Below, piece after piece: positions 32,044 through 41,605 of a stretch of DNA of 64,000 bases (the first letter of the stretch is position 1; the number at the start of each line of letters is the position of its first letter). Below the pieces are notes generated by a model. That model saw only the letters and a program-made list of their open reading frames with translations, did not search any database and was not told where the DNA came from. The DNA is taken from positions 128,001 through 192,000 of the forward strand of contig CAVRZA010000002.1 of assembly GCA_963725665.1 (NCBI GenBank), in the 5' to 3' direction. The translations under genes and the position numbers were made by a program. The DNA comes from an uncultured Actinomycetes bacterium (lineage in GTDB: Bacteria > Actinomycetota > Thermoleophilia > UBA2241).

Positions 32044-33411
32044 ATGAGTGCAACCACATCCGCTCAGGACCCCCGCCGCAACCCCTTCATCCGAGTGGCA
32101 ACCGTCAACCCGCACCTGATCGATGCTCTGCTGGCGTTGCTCTTCACGGTGATCGGCGTGCTGGTCCTGCTCTCCGAACGCGGCGACCCCACCGCCAAGG
32201 GGCTGACGACCCTGGGCATCGTCCTCACCTTGCTCATGACGGTGCCGCTGGCGCTGCTACGCATCTCGCCGCTCCTGGCCACAGGCCTGATCGGGGGGGC
32301 GAGCGTCACCTGGGCCCTCGTTGGTTACGGAGGGCCGACGCTGGGCGCCGCGACCGCTGCGGTCGGCCTGTTCGTAGTCGCGGCCAACTTCGACTACGTA
32401 CGCGCCTTCGCCGTCAACTTCATCGCCGTTGCCGTCCTCGTGGTGATCTTCGTCGCCAACCGCGACCTCTATCCCCTCACCACGCGCATCGTGACGACGT
32501 TGTCCATATGGGTCGTCTTCACCGTGCTCTGGATCTTCGGCACCGTGATCAAGGAGTACCGGCTGAATTTCGCGCGCGAGCGCGAGCGGGCGGGGCTCTT
32601 CGCCGCCGACCGCGACGCTCGCGCGCAGGAGGCCGTCTCGCTCGAGCGCGCCCGCCTCGCCCGCGAGCTGCACGACACCGTCGGTCATGCGCTCAACGTC
32701 GTCGTCATCCAGGCCGGCGCCGCCCAGCGCGTCTTCGGCAAGAAGCCGCACATGGCTCTCGAGGCGATCAGCGCCATCGAGTCGGCGGGGCGGCAGGCGA
32801 TGACCGATATGGAGCGCATGCTCGGCATCCTGCGCTCCGAGGCGCGCGACGCCGACGCCTTCAGCGCCCAGCCGGGTCTTGCACAGCTCGACCGGCTTCT
32901 CGAGCAGGTGCGCGAGGCGGGCCTGCCCGTCGAAGTGGAAGTGACGGGCAAGGCGATCGAGCTTCCTTCGAGCATCGACCTCTCGGCCTACCGCATCGTG
33001 CAGGAGGCGCTGACGAACACGCTCAAGCATGCCGGCCCGAGGGCCAAAGCTCGCGTCGAGGTGTGCTACTGCGGCACTGATCTGCAGCTTGAGATCGTCG
33101 ACGACGGGGGGCGGCGCGCGCCTGCGGCGGCGCCGCCCCCCGTCGCCTCGCCGCCGCAGCCCCCCGTCGTCTCGCCCGCCTCCTCACCAGCCGGGACCGC
33201 CACGGCCACGAGGACCGATGTTGCGACTTCGTTGAGTGGCGCCGCGTCCGCCGACGACCCGAGTGCACCCGCGCTCGGCTCGTGGACAGGCGGCCGCGGC
33301 CTCGTGGGCATGCGCGAGCGGGTCGCGCTCTTCGGTGGCGTGCTCGAGGTCGGTCCTCGGGCCGAGGGCGGCTACCGCGTCTTCGCGCGTCTGCCGCTTG
33401 CGCCTGCCTAG
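32044..33411 (+). CDS. Membrane sensor histidine kinase (HisKA_3)
   Basis: About 6 TM segments, ERARLARELHD, YRIVQEALTNTLKHA, DDG...GLVGMRER; TATACT shortly upstream. Confidence 0.93.
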   Translation: MSATTSAQDPRRNPFIRVATVNPHLIDALLALLFTVIGVLVLLSERGDPTAKGLTTLGIVLTLLMTVPLALLRISPLLATGLIGGASVTWALVGYGGPTLGAATAAVGLFVVAANFDYVRAFAVNFIAVAVLVVIFVANRDLYPLTTRIVTTLSIWVVFTVLWIFGTVIKEYRLNFARERERAGLFAADRDARAQEAVSLERARLARELHDTVGHALNVVVIQAGAAQRVFGKKPHMALEAISAIESAGRQAMTDMERMLGILRSEARDADAFSAQPGLAQLDRLLEQVREAGLPVEVEVTGKAIELPSSIDLSAYRIVQEALTNTLKHAGPRAKARVEVCYCGTDLQLEIVDDGGRRAPAAAPPPVASPPQPPVVSPASSPAGTATATRTDVATSLSGAASADDPSAPALGSWTGGRGLVGMRERVALFGGVLEVGPRAEGGYRVFARLPLAPA

Positions 33412-33519
33412 CCTGCGCGGCGCGGTGTACGCATCGCCCGACGCGGCGGTTTGATGACGGCGCCACCGCAAACGGGTCATAATCAGCGCCACGCGAGGCG
33501 CGAAGCGAAGGGGTAGCGG

Positions 33520-34191
33520 ATGGCCATCAAGATCCTCCTCGTCGACGACGAGCAGATGGTGCGCATGGGCCTGCGGCTGATCCTCGAGTCGGAGGACGAC
33601 TTCGAGGTGGTGGGCGAGGCCGGCGACGGCGCCGAGGGCGTCGCGCTAGCGAAGAAGCTCGACCCCGACGTCGTGCTCATGGACATCCAGATGCCGGGCA
33701 TGAACGGGCTCGACGCCACGCGCGAGATCAAGACGCTGGGCAGGGAGGAGAGCTCGCGCGTGCTCATCCTCACGACCTTCGAGCTCGACGAGTACGTCTA
33801 CGAGGCGCTGCGCGCGGGCGCCAGCGGCTTCCTGCTGAAGCGCACGCCGGCCGAGGACCTGATCGCCGGCATCCGCGTCGTGCACAGCGGCGACGCCCTG
33901 CTCGCCCCGTCGGTCACCAAGAGGCTGATCGACGAGTTCGCGGCCCGACCCCTCCCTGAGGGCACGAGCCAGGTCGAGGCGCTCGAGGACCTCACCGACC
34001 GCGAGCGCGAGGTGCTCTCACTGATCGCCAAGGGTATGTCGAACGCCGAGATCGCCCAGTCGCTCTTCCTCTCCGAAGGCACTGTCAAGACGCACATCAA
34101 GCGCATCTTCTACAAGCTCGGGCTGCGCGACCGCACGCAGGCGGTGATCTTCGCCTACGACGTCGGCATCGTGCAGCCGAAGAGCTCCTAG
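33520..34191 (+). CDS. NarL/LuxR family response regulator
   Basis: LVDDE, DVVLMDIQMP, GASGFLLK, LTDREREVL, SEGTVKTH. Confidence 0.95.
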   Translation: MAIKILLVDDEQMVRMGLRLILESEDDFEVVGEAGDGAEGVALAKKLDPDVVLMDIQMPGMNGLDATREIKTLGREESSRVLILTTFELDEYVYEALRAGASGFLLKRTPAEDLIAGIRVVHSGDALLAPSVTKRLIDEFAARPLPEGTSQVEALEDLTDREREVLSLIAKGMSNAEIAQSLFLSEGTVKTHIKRIFYKLGLRDRTQAVIFAYDVGIVQPKSS

Positions 34192-35504
34192 GCCGGAGAG
34201 GCCGCTGTCACCTCCAGGCGGTCGAGGTCGTCGTGGGTCTCGCGCCGCAGCCAGACCTCGGCCTGCCCTTGTGCCACGGCGACCATAGCCGGCCGCGGGA
34301 CGCGGTTGTAGTTGCTCGCCATCGAGTAGCAGTAGGCTCCCGTCGCCGCGATCGCCACGATGTCGCCGGTCGCGATGGTGTCGGGCAGCGACGCGTGGTC
34401 GGCGACGACGTCGCCCGATTCGCAATGTCGGCCGACGACGCGCGCGGGGCTGCACTCGCCGGCTGCCGAGCGGCGTGCCGGGGCGACGGCGTGGTTCGCG
34501 CCGTAGAGGATGGGCCTCACGTTGTCGGACATGCCGCCGTCGACCACGACGAGCCGGGCGCCCTGCGCGCCGCGCTTGACCGCACCGACGCGGTAGAGGG
34601 TCACTCCCGCGTTGCCCACGACCGCGCGGCCGGGCTCGACCACCAGGCTCGGCCGGGCGATATCGCGGCAGGCCGCGGCGAGACGATCGCGCATGGCGTG
34701 GGCGAGCAGGCTCAGGCCGAGGGGGCTCTCGTCGACGTAGGTGATGCCGAAGCCGCCGCCGACGTCAAAGAGGGCGCTGGAGGCTCCCAGACGGCGCTCG
34801 ATCCGGGCGGCGAAGGCGGCCAGTCTGTCGATGACGGTCAGGTAGGGGTCGGCCGACAGGATCTGCGACCCGATGTGGGCGTGGAGGCCGCGAAAACGCA
34901 AGCCGCGCGACTGCAGCACCGCCTCGATGGCTTCCTCGGCGTCGTCCGGCTGCAGCCCGAACTTGGAGTCGGCGGACCCGGTCACGATGTGCGTGTGGGC
35001 GCCGGCGGCGACGGCGGGGACGATGCGGACGAGCACGTCTTGGCGCGCGCCCAGCCTCGTGGCGATCGCGTCGGCGCGCGCGATCTCCTCCAGGTTGTCG
35101 CAGATGAGCAGCCTGATGCCCACGCCGACGGCTCGCTCGAGATCTTCCGCGGTCTTGTGGTTGCCGTGCAGAGCGATCTGCGATGCGGGGATGCCGGCCC
35201 GCAGACAGGCTTCGAGCTCACCGCCCGAGGCGGCCAGGAACTGCAGTCCCTCGCAGGCCACGAGCCGTAGCAGCCTTCGGGACGTCAGGGCCTTTATGAC
35301 GTAGCGGGCTTCGGGGAACGCCTCGCGCACCTCACGGCAGCGCCGCTGGAGGTGCTCCTTGTCGAGGACGAGCAGGGGCGTCCCATATCTCTTGGCGAGG
35401 GTCGAGGCGGGCAGGCCGCCTATCTCGAGGCCTTCGACACCCCAGTGTGCGGAGACCGGCCAGGGGGTGGTCAGGGACGTTGGGTGTGAAACGAGCGTGG
35501 ACAC
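34188..35504 (-). CDS. lysA: Diaminopimelate decarboxylase family (group IV PLP decarboxylase)
   Basis: YGTPL, YVIKA, HGNHK, SKFG, HAHIGSQI, EPGR, VDGGMSDNVRP, HCESGD, MASNYN; GGAGG before GTG 35504. Confidence 0.88.
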   Translation of the reverse strand: MSTLVSHPTSLTTPWPVSAHWGVEGLEIGGLPASTLAKRYGTPLLVLDKEHLQRRCREVREAFPEARYVIKALTSRRLLRLVACEGLQFLAASGGELEACLRAGIPASQIALHGNHKTAEDLERAVGVGIRLLICDNLEEIARADAIATRLGARQDVLVRIVPAVAAGAHTHIVTGSADSKFGLQPDDAEEAIEAVLQSRGLRFRGLHAHIGSQILSADPYLTVIDRLAAFAARIERRLGASSALFDVGGGFGITYVDESPLGLSLLAHAMRDRLAAACRDIARPSLVVEPGRAVVGNAGVTLYRVGAVKRGAQGARLVVVDGGMSDNVRPILYGANHAVAPARRSAAGECSPARVVGRHCESGDVVADHASLPDTIATGDIVAIAATGAYCYSMASNYNRVPRPAMVAVAQGQAEVWLRRETHDDLDRLEVTAASPA

Positions 35505-35664
35505 CAGAGACCTCCGGGTGAAACGAAGAGGAACGGGAGTGTGGCTCGCGGGGGGCGAGCCGGGGCGGAGCGCCCCTAGCGCTTTCGACGGGCTAGCGCC
35601 CCGTCTCTGGTGTGGAGGGCTGTGCGCGATGGCGCCACGGGGCGTTATGTTGCCGGGCTTCGCC
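35505..35664 (-). promoter_or_regulatory. Structured lysA 5' leader (candidate translational switch)
   Basis: 11-bp complementarity between 35603-35613 and the start region 35501-35511; competing helices; TTGACA upstream at 35675-35670. Confidence 0.45.
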
Positions 35665-35704
35665 GTCGCTGTCAAGAGTAGAAGGCCCCGGAGAGCGGTT
35701 CGAC

Positions 35705-35766
35705 TCTGCATACTATTCTCAAATTAGGCACCACATTTTGCGTCTTCTGCATCGGAAACGTATACT
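35705..35766 (+). promoter_or_regulatory. argC promoter (TTGCGT-17-TATACT, probably leaderless) with upstream ARG-box-like site
   Basis: TGCAT-ACT-ATTCT at 35707-35719; -35 at 35738, -10 at 35761, ATG 8 nt after -10, no SD. Confidence 0.6.
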
Positions 35767-35774
35767 CCGCGTTC

Positions 35775-36767
35775 ATGCTGTCTCTCCGTCCGACCATCGG
35801 GATCGTCGGCGCCAGCGGCTACACCGGCGCGCTGCTGGCCGAGTTGCTGCTCGGCCACCCCGACGTCGACCTCGTCGCCGTGAGCTCGAGCTCGCTGCGC
35901 GGCTCGCTCGTGTCACAGTCTCTGCCGCGCGTGCGCGCCGACCTCGCCTTCTGCGACGACGAGGAGGTCGGCGAGGTCGACGTGGCGTTCCTCTGCCTTC
36001 CCGAGGGTCAGGCGGCTCCGGTGGCCCGGCGTCTGCTGGACGGCGGCGCCCTGGTCGTCGATCTCTCCCCCGACTTCAGGCTCTCCCTCGAGGCGTACCG
36101 CGAGTGGTACGGGGAGCACCCGTGTCCCGAGTTGCTGCCCGGCGTCTACGGTCTGCCCGAGCTGCACCGCGACGAGATCCGTTCGGCGCGGCTGGTCGCC
36201 AATCCCGGCTGCTACCCGACGGCGGCTCTCCTCGCCCTTCACCCTCTGATCGGCTTGGGGCTCGTCGACGTCGTGATCGACGCCAAGTCGGGCGTCAGCG
36301 GGGCGGGCAAGACGCCGACCGAGCGCACCCACTTCTGCAGCGTTGATTCCGACCTCACGGCGTACGCCGTCGGCGGACACCGGCATCTGCCTGAGATCCG
36401 CGCCGGGCTGAGTGAGGACGGGCAGGCACCGCCGCTGACGTTCGTGCCTCATCTCGTGCCCCTCCAGCGCGGCATCGTCGAGACCGCCTACGTGCGCGTG
36501 CGCGAACTCCCGTCTGGCGACGAGCTGCGGCGTCTCTACCGCGACGCCTACGCCGAGGAGTCCTTCGTCGAGGTCGTCGACGAGCCGCCGCGTCTCAGGG
36601 ACGTCGTGGGGACCAACTACTGCCGCATCTTTCCGACCGTCGACGAGCGCGCCGAGCGCGTGCTGGTCGTGGCCGCCCTCGACAACCTGATGAAGGGTGC
36701 TTCGGGGCAGGCCGTGCAGAACATGAACCTCATGCTCGGGCGACCCGAGCACAGCGGGCTGCGCTAG
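35775..36767 (+). CDS. argC: N-acetyl-gamma-glutamyl-phosphate reductase
   Basis: GASGYTG, YGLPE, ANPGCYPT, SGVSGAGK, DNLMKGASGQAVQNMN. Confidence 0.96.
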   Translation: MLSLRPTIGIVGASGYTGALLAELLLGHPDVDLVAVSSSSLRGSLVSQSLPRVRADLAFCDDEEVGEVDVAFLCLPEGQAAPVARRLLDGGALVVDLSPDFRLSLEAYREWYGEHPCPELLPGVYGLPELHRDEIRSARLVANPGCYPTAALLALHPLIGLGLVDVVIDAKSGVSGAGKTPTERTHFCSVDSDLTAYAVGGHRHLPEIRAGLSEDGQAPPLTFVPHLVPLQRGIVETAYVRVRELPSGDELRRLYRDAYAEESFVEVVDEPPRLRDVVGTNYCRIFPTVDERAERVLVVAALDNLMKGASGQAVQNMNLMLGRPEHSGLR

Positions 36768-38168
36768 ATGCTGCCCGCTACCCGCTTCGCGGTCCTGCCG
36801 GCCTTTGCCGCGCAGGCCGACCAGAGCGTCACCCACCCGCGCGGCTTTCGCGCCGCGGGCGTAGCCGCCGGCATCAAGCGCAGCAACCGCCTCGACGTGG
36901 GGCTGCTAGTGTCGGATGAGCCCTGCGTCTCGGCCGCTTTCTTCACGCGCAGCGCGGCGGCCGCGGCGCCGGTGCTGCTCACGCGTGAGTCGTGCACCTG
37001 CGAGCGGCTGCGCGCGGTCGTTGTCAATTCGGGCAACGCCAACGCCTGCACGGGGCCGGCAGGTCTGCGCCATGCGCGCGCCATGCGCGACCAAGCCGGC
37101 GCGGCGTCGGCGGTAGCGGCTGAGGAGGTGGCGGTCTGCTCGACGGGCGTCATCGGACACCGCCTTCCGATGGAGCGCGTGAGCCCCGGGATCGAGACGG
37201 CGGCGGCGAAGCTCAGCGCCGCCGCCGGCGCCCGCTTCGCCGCCGCCATCCGCACCACCGACCGCACCGCCAAGGACGGCGCTCTGACGCTGGACCTGCC
37301 GGAGGGGGAGGTGCGTCTGGGGTTCGCCGCCAAGGGAGCCGGCATGATCTCGCCGGCGGTCGTGGCGGTGCCCGATGTCGGCGCCGCCGCTGTCCACACC
37401 GCGGGTTCGGTTGAGTCCGCGGGCTCGTCCCAGGCCGCCGGCACGGCTCAGTCCGCGGGCGGCCACGCGACCATGCTGTGCTTCGTCACCTGCGACGCGC
37501 AACTGCCGCAGCCGGTCTGGCGTGAGATGGTCGACGAGGCCGTGGCCGCGTCGCTGAACTCCATCACCGTCGACGGGCAGGAGTCGACCAACGACACGGT
37601 GATCGCTCTCGCCAACGGCGCTTCGGGGGTGCTCCCCGGCGAGGTCGGTCGTGCTCGCCTGAGCGAGGCGCTGCGGGCGGCGCTCCTCATGCTGGCCGTC
37701 GGCGTCGTTGCCGACGGCGAGGGCTCGACCAAGGTCGTGCGGCTCGACGTGCGGGGCGCGCGCGACCCGCTCGAGGCCGAGCGGGTCGCGCGCGCCGTCG
37801 CCGACTCGCCGCTGGTGAAGGCGGCGTTCTACGGTGAGGACCCCAACTGGGGGCGCGTGGTGCAGTCGGCCGGTCAGGCGCTGGGCTGCGCGATGACCAG
37901 CGCGCCCGGCTCGTCGGCGCCCAGGCGCGCCGACGACGGCTCGGGAAGCTCGTTCGAGCCCGACGTCGCCTACGGGCCGCTCACGCTGCTGCGCCGCGGT
38001 GTCCCCGTCGAGCTCTCCGATCCCGAACGCGGGCAGCTCGTCCACGTCATGGAGGACCATGAGATCGAGCTCTCCCTCGACCTCCACCGCGGCGCCGCCT
38101 CCAGGCGTGTGTTCTTCGGCGACCTTACCCATCAGTACGTCACCTTCAACGCGGAGTACACGACATGA
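36768..38168 (+). CDS. argJ: Glutamate N-acetyltransferase / ornithine acetyltransferase with two insertions
   Basis: VNSGNANACTG, STGVIG, AKGAGMISP...ATML, STNDT, DGEG, DPNWGR, YVTFNAEYTT. Confidence 0.95.
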   Translation: MLPATRFAVLPAFAAQADQSVTHPRGFRAAGVAAGIKRSNRLDVGLLVSDEPCVSAAFFTRSAAAAAPVLLTRESCTCERLRAVVVNSGNANACTGPAGLRHARAMRDQAGAASAVAAEEVAVCSTGVIGHRLPMERVSPGIETAAAKLSAAAGARFAAAIRTTDRTAKDGALTLDLPEGEVRLGFAAKGAGMISPAVVAVPDVGAAAVHTAGSVESAGSSQAAGTAQSAGGHATMLCFVTCDAQLPQPVWREMVDEAVAASLNSITVDGQESTNDTVIALANGASGVLPGEVGRARLSEALRAALLMLAVGVVADGEGSTKVVRLDVRGARDPLEAERVARAVADSPLVKAAFYGEDPNWGRVVQSAGQALGCAMTSAPGSSAPRRADDGSGSSFEPDVAYGPLTLLRRGVPVELSDPERGQLVHVMEDHEIELSLDLHRGAASRRVFFGDLTHQYVTFNAEYTT

Positions 38169-39046
38169 CCGTCAGGCAGCAGAAGAGGGTCCGCACGCTG
38201 ATCGAAGCCATGCCGTACATCCGTCGCTTCTGGGGTGCGACCATCGTCGTCAAGTACGGCGGCGCCGCCATGACGTCGGCGCACCTGCGCGACCGGTTCG
38301 CTGCCGACATCGCGCTTCTCAAGCTCGTCGGCATGAACCCGGTCGTCGTGCACGGCGGCGGCCCCGAGATCTCGAAGCACATGGGCAAGCTGGGCCTGAA
38401 GGTGAAGTTCGTCGACGGGTTGCGGGTCACCGACGCGGCCACGATGGAGGTCGCCAGGATGGTGCTGGTGGGCAAGGTGAACGCCGAGCTGGTCGGCCTC
38501 ATCAACACGCACGGCGGCACCGCCGTAGGGCTCACAGGACAGGACGGTCGCCTTCTGCTCGTGCGTCCCAAGGAGCACACGGACGCCGAGGGCAGCCCCG
38601 TCGATTTGGGGTTCGTGGGTGAGGTGATCGCGGTCAACACCGAGGTGCTCGACGTGCTCGCTGGGCACATGATCCCGGTCGTCGCGAGTGTCGGCACTAG
38701 CGGCAGCGGACAGGGCTACAACCTCAACGCCGACACGGTGGCCGGCGAGCTGGCCACTGCGCTGCGCGCCGAGAAGGTCATCTTCCTCACCGATGTCGGG
38801 GGGCTCTACGACCCGCTGGCCCCAGAGGAACCGTTCGTGAGCGAGTGCGACCTCGCGCGCGTCGCGGCGCTCGAGAAGGCCGGCGCCATCACGGGCGGGA
38901 TGTTGCCCAAGGTCGCCGCCGTGCGACGTGCTCTCGACGGCGGCGTGAAGAGCGCGCACATCGTCGATGGGCGCGTCGAGCACGCGTTGCTGCTCGAGAT
39001 CCTCACTGACGCCGGCTGCGGCACGAAGATCGTGTCTCAGGGCTGA
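38165..39046 (+). CDS. argB: Acetylglutamate kinase
   Basis: VKYGGAAM, VHGGGPEI, GLRVTD, NLNAD, GGMLPKV. Confidence 0.96.
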   Translation: MTVRQQKRVRTLIEAMPYIRRFWGATIVVKYGGAAMTSAHLRDRFAADIALLKLVGMNPVVVHGGGPEISKHMGKLGLKVKFVDGLRVTDAATMEVARMVLVGKVNAELVGLINTHGGTAVGLTGQDGRLLLVRPKEHTDAEGSPVDLGFVGEVIAVNTEVLDVLAGHMIPVVASVGTSGSGQGYNLNADTVAGELATALRAEKVIFLTDVGGLYDPLAPEEPFVSECDLARVAALEKAGAITGGMLPKVAAVRRALDGGVKSAHIVDGRVEHALLLEILTDAGCGTKIVSQG

Positions 39047-39155
39047 TCGGCAGTCGCCGGCGCTGCGGCACCGGCAGCGCCGCGCGGCCACTTGCGCTCG
39101 GCCTACCTCTCCCGGGGTAGGTCTTCCCGGCGCAGGTTCCCTCGCAAGATGAGTG

Positions 39156-39204
39156 CAAGTTCCCCCCGTCGGGCGACGACGTGTGCCCCTGTTGCGCGTA
39201 GTCT
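39156..39204 (+). promoter_or_regulatory. Putative response-regulator box plus -10, copy 1
   Basis: CAAGTTCCCCCCGTCGGGCGA then TAGTCT after 22 nt; matches 41606-41654. Confidence 0.55.
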
Positions 39205-39272
39205 CGTACTCGTAAGAGCAGCGCGGACGGTTCCACTTGGGGATCGCCCGCTCGATCGAAGGAGGTGAGGCT

Positions 39273-40215
39273 GTGAGCGACGTGCAGGTGTCGGGCGCCC
39301 AGCCCCGCCGGTCGTGGGTCGGGCGTCTCTTCGGCGTCATCGCCCGTTTGCAGACGTGGAAGAACATGGCCTACCTGGCGCTGGCGTTCCCGCTAGGTCT
39401 CTTCTACTTCGTGTTCCTCGTCGTCGGCGTGGCGCTCGGTATCGGCCTGGTCATCATCTGGGTCGGCCTGCCCATACTCGCCGTGGTGGTGCTCGCCTGG
39501 TGGGCGTTCGCCGGCTTTGAGCGGCTGCAGGCCGAGTATCTGCTCGGCGTGCGAACGGCGGGACGCCTGGCCCCCTGGGAGGGCGGCGATAGCTGGTGGC
39601 AGCGCGTCAAGCGCCACCTCGGCGACGCGGGCACGTGGAAGGATCTCAGCTTCCTCTTCGTGAAGTTCCCGCTGGGGGTCGTGTCTCTCGTCATCGTCAC
39701 GCTGGTGGTAGGGGTGCCGGCGGCGTTGATCAGCGCCCCGCTCTACTACCGCTACGTGGACTGGACCACGAACGGCGTCTATCGCCACGGCATCAACATG
39801 GGCGCGTGGCACGTAGACACGCTGGGCGAGGCGCTGCTGCTGGTGCCGATCGGCCTCGTCGTGCTGATCGCCGGTCTCCACCTGGCGAACGTGTTCGCCA
39901 GGTTCTCGGGGATCCTCGCCGGGGCGCTCCTCGATGAGGGTAGGGCGGCGTCGCTGCCGCCGCAGGCGCCGACAGCGCCGCCGGAGGCGCCGGAAGTCCC
40001 GACAACGCAGGTCGCGGCGCCGCAGGCTCCCCCAGCTCCACCACAGCCCACACCACAGCCCACACCACAGCCCACACCACAGCCCACACCACAGCCCACA
40101 CCACAGCCCACACCACAGCCCACACCACAGCCCGACACCACAGCCCACACCACAGCCCACACCACAGCCTCCCGTCCCGCCGCAAGTCGCCGGGGCGCCC
40201 GAGGCCGGCCAATGA
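39273..40215 (+). CDS. Stand-alone membrane 'sensor'-domain protein with PQPT tail; an extra G at 40134 fuses it to the next ORF in the given sequence
   Basis: TWKNMAYLALAFPLG, ERLQAEYLLG, DAGTWKDLSFLFVKFPLG; GGAGG RBS; PQPT repeat resumes and stops at 40215 in the shifted frame. Confidence 0.7.
40041..40169 (+). repeat. 12-bp tandem repeat CCACAGCCCACA, 10 full copies plus a partial copy (PQPT)
   Basis: Direct reading; the 8th unit carries an inserted G at 40134. Confidence 0.95.
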
Positions 40216-40244
40216 GATCGATCGCGCGCCAAGGAGGAGTCGCT

Positions 40245-41282
40245 ATGAACGGGACGTTCGCAGACAGGATGAGGAGAGGGTTCACCCTCAAGAACGCAGG
40301 CATCGTCGGCGCTGTGCTGGCTATGGTCATGATGGTGCTGTTGGCGGCCGGTGTCCCGGCGTCGCACGCCGCAGCCGCGGGCCAGAAGCCTCCCACCGTG
40401 GTGAAGGTCGGTCAGGATGTCCTGATCCCGGCCGGCGACGTCGTCGGCGGGGTGTTCGCCGTCGGTGGCAACGTGACGATCAACGGCACAGTCGACGATA
40501 CCGTGGTTGCTGTGGGCGGTGACGTGACGGTCAACGGCACGGTGAACAAGGCGGTCGTGTCGGTGGGCGGCGACGTGACGGCCGCCTCTACTGCGAGCAT
40601 CGGCTCGGGCATGAAGCCGGACGACACGGCGATCGTCGCCGTGGGCGGCGCGACGCACGTCGAGTCGGGCGCCGGCGTCACCGGCAAGATCACCAAGGTC
40701 AACGGCCTGAGCTGGAGCGGTGTGGGCAGCGCCTTTGCGCATCACGGTCCCTGGACGTGGAATCTCAGTCCAGCCGGCATCGCCGGCAGCATAGGCGGGT
40801 TCATCTTCCTCATCGTCGCGGCCGTCATCGTCGCGGCGGCCCTGCCGAAGCAGATGGCCGCCGTCAAGGAGCAGTTGAACGAACGCTTCTTCCCGTCTCT
40901 CGGGTGGGGAGCCCTGACGGCCTTCGTGATCGTCCCTGTGATCGTGCTCATCCTGGTCATCTCGATCATCGGCATCATCCCGTTGATCTTCGTCGTCGCG
41001 CCGGCGCTGTTCCTCTTCGGGAGCTTCGCGGTGGTCTGCGTCGGTCGCGCTATCGGCGACCGCGTCATGGCTCAGTCGGGCAGTCGTGACAACGTGATGC
41101 TGGTCACCGTCATCGGCGTCGTGATCCTCGGCGTCGCGGGTCTGATCCCGGTCGCCGGCGGCATCATCATGGCGGTCGCCGGTGTGGTGGGTCTGGGCGC
41201 GACGCTGCTCGCCATCAGCAAGGCGCAGCGCGAGCGCCGCGAGCGCACCGCAGCCGGCAGCTCGACGCCGCAGACGGCCTGA
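40245..41282 (+). CDS. Membrane protein with bactofilin-like beta-helix repeats
   Basis: AAGGAGG RBS; signal peptide; VGGxVTxNGTV repeats; C-terminal multi-TM block. Confidence 0.75.
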   Translation: MNGTFADRMRRGFTLKNAGIVGAVLAMVMMVLLAAGVPASHAAAAGQKPPTVVKVGQDVLIPAGDVVGGVFAVGGNVTINGTVDDTVVAVGGDVTVNGTVNKAVVSVGGDVTAASTASIGSGMKPDDTAIVAVGGATHVESGAGVTGKITKVNGLSWSGVGSAFAHHGPWTWNLSPAGIAGSIGGFIFLIVAAVIVAAALPKQMAAVKEQLNERFFPSLGWGALTAFVIVPVIVLILVISIIGIIPLIFVVAPALFLFGSFAVVCVGRAIGDRVMAQSGSRDNVMLVTVIGVVILGVAGLIPVAGGIIMAVAGVVGLGATLLAISKAQRERRERTAAGSSTPQTA

Positions 41283-41605
41283 GAGAGACCTGATCGGTCA
41301 CCGACGGGGGCGGGCGGCGAGGCCGGAAGGCCTCGCCGCCCGCCCCCGTTGCGTCTCGTGCGCGGGCGGGCCGGCCCGCCCGCGTCGTCATTGCGCCCGC
41401 GCCCGCCCGCGCCCCGCGCGCCCGCCGAGTCGATCCAACCGGTCCCGAACGGCCAGACCACCCGCCCGGGTGGTCTGCCCTCTGGGGGCAGAGACCCCCT
41501 CCCCCCTGAGTGGGCCAGCGCCTCATCCCCGAGGGTGACGAGGGCCGGTCGCATGCCACGAAACGTGCTCCAAACCCGCTCCGATTTCCTCCCCCAGTTG
41601 ACCCC

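Noticed and set aside
35505-35664. Canonical lysine riboswitch or T-box before lysA
   Set aside because: Too short for the lysine aptamer, lacks its AGAGGnGC core, and has no T-box GGTGGnACC motif; kept only as an unclassified leader.
40041-40169. CRISPR array
   Set aside because: Contiguous 12-bp units with no spacers, coding PQPT; no cas genes in the window.
39237-41282. Single 681-aa fusion ORF in the ORF track
   Set aside because: It depends on one extra G in a tandem repeat; the downstream half has its own RBS and signal peptide.
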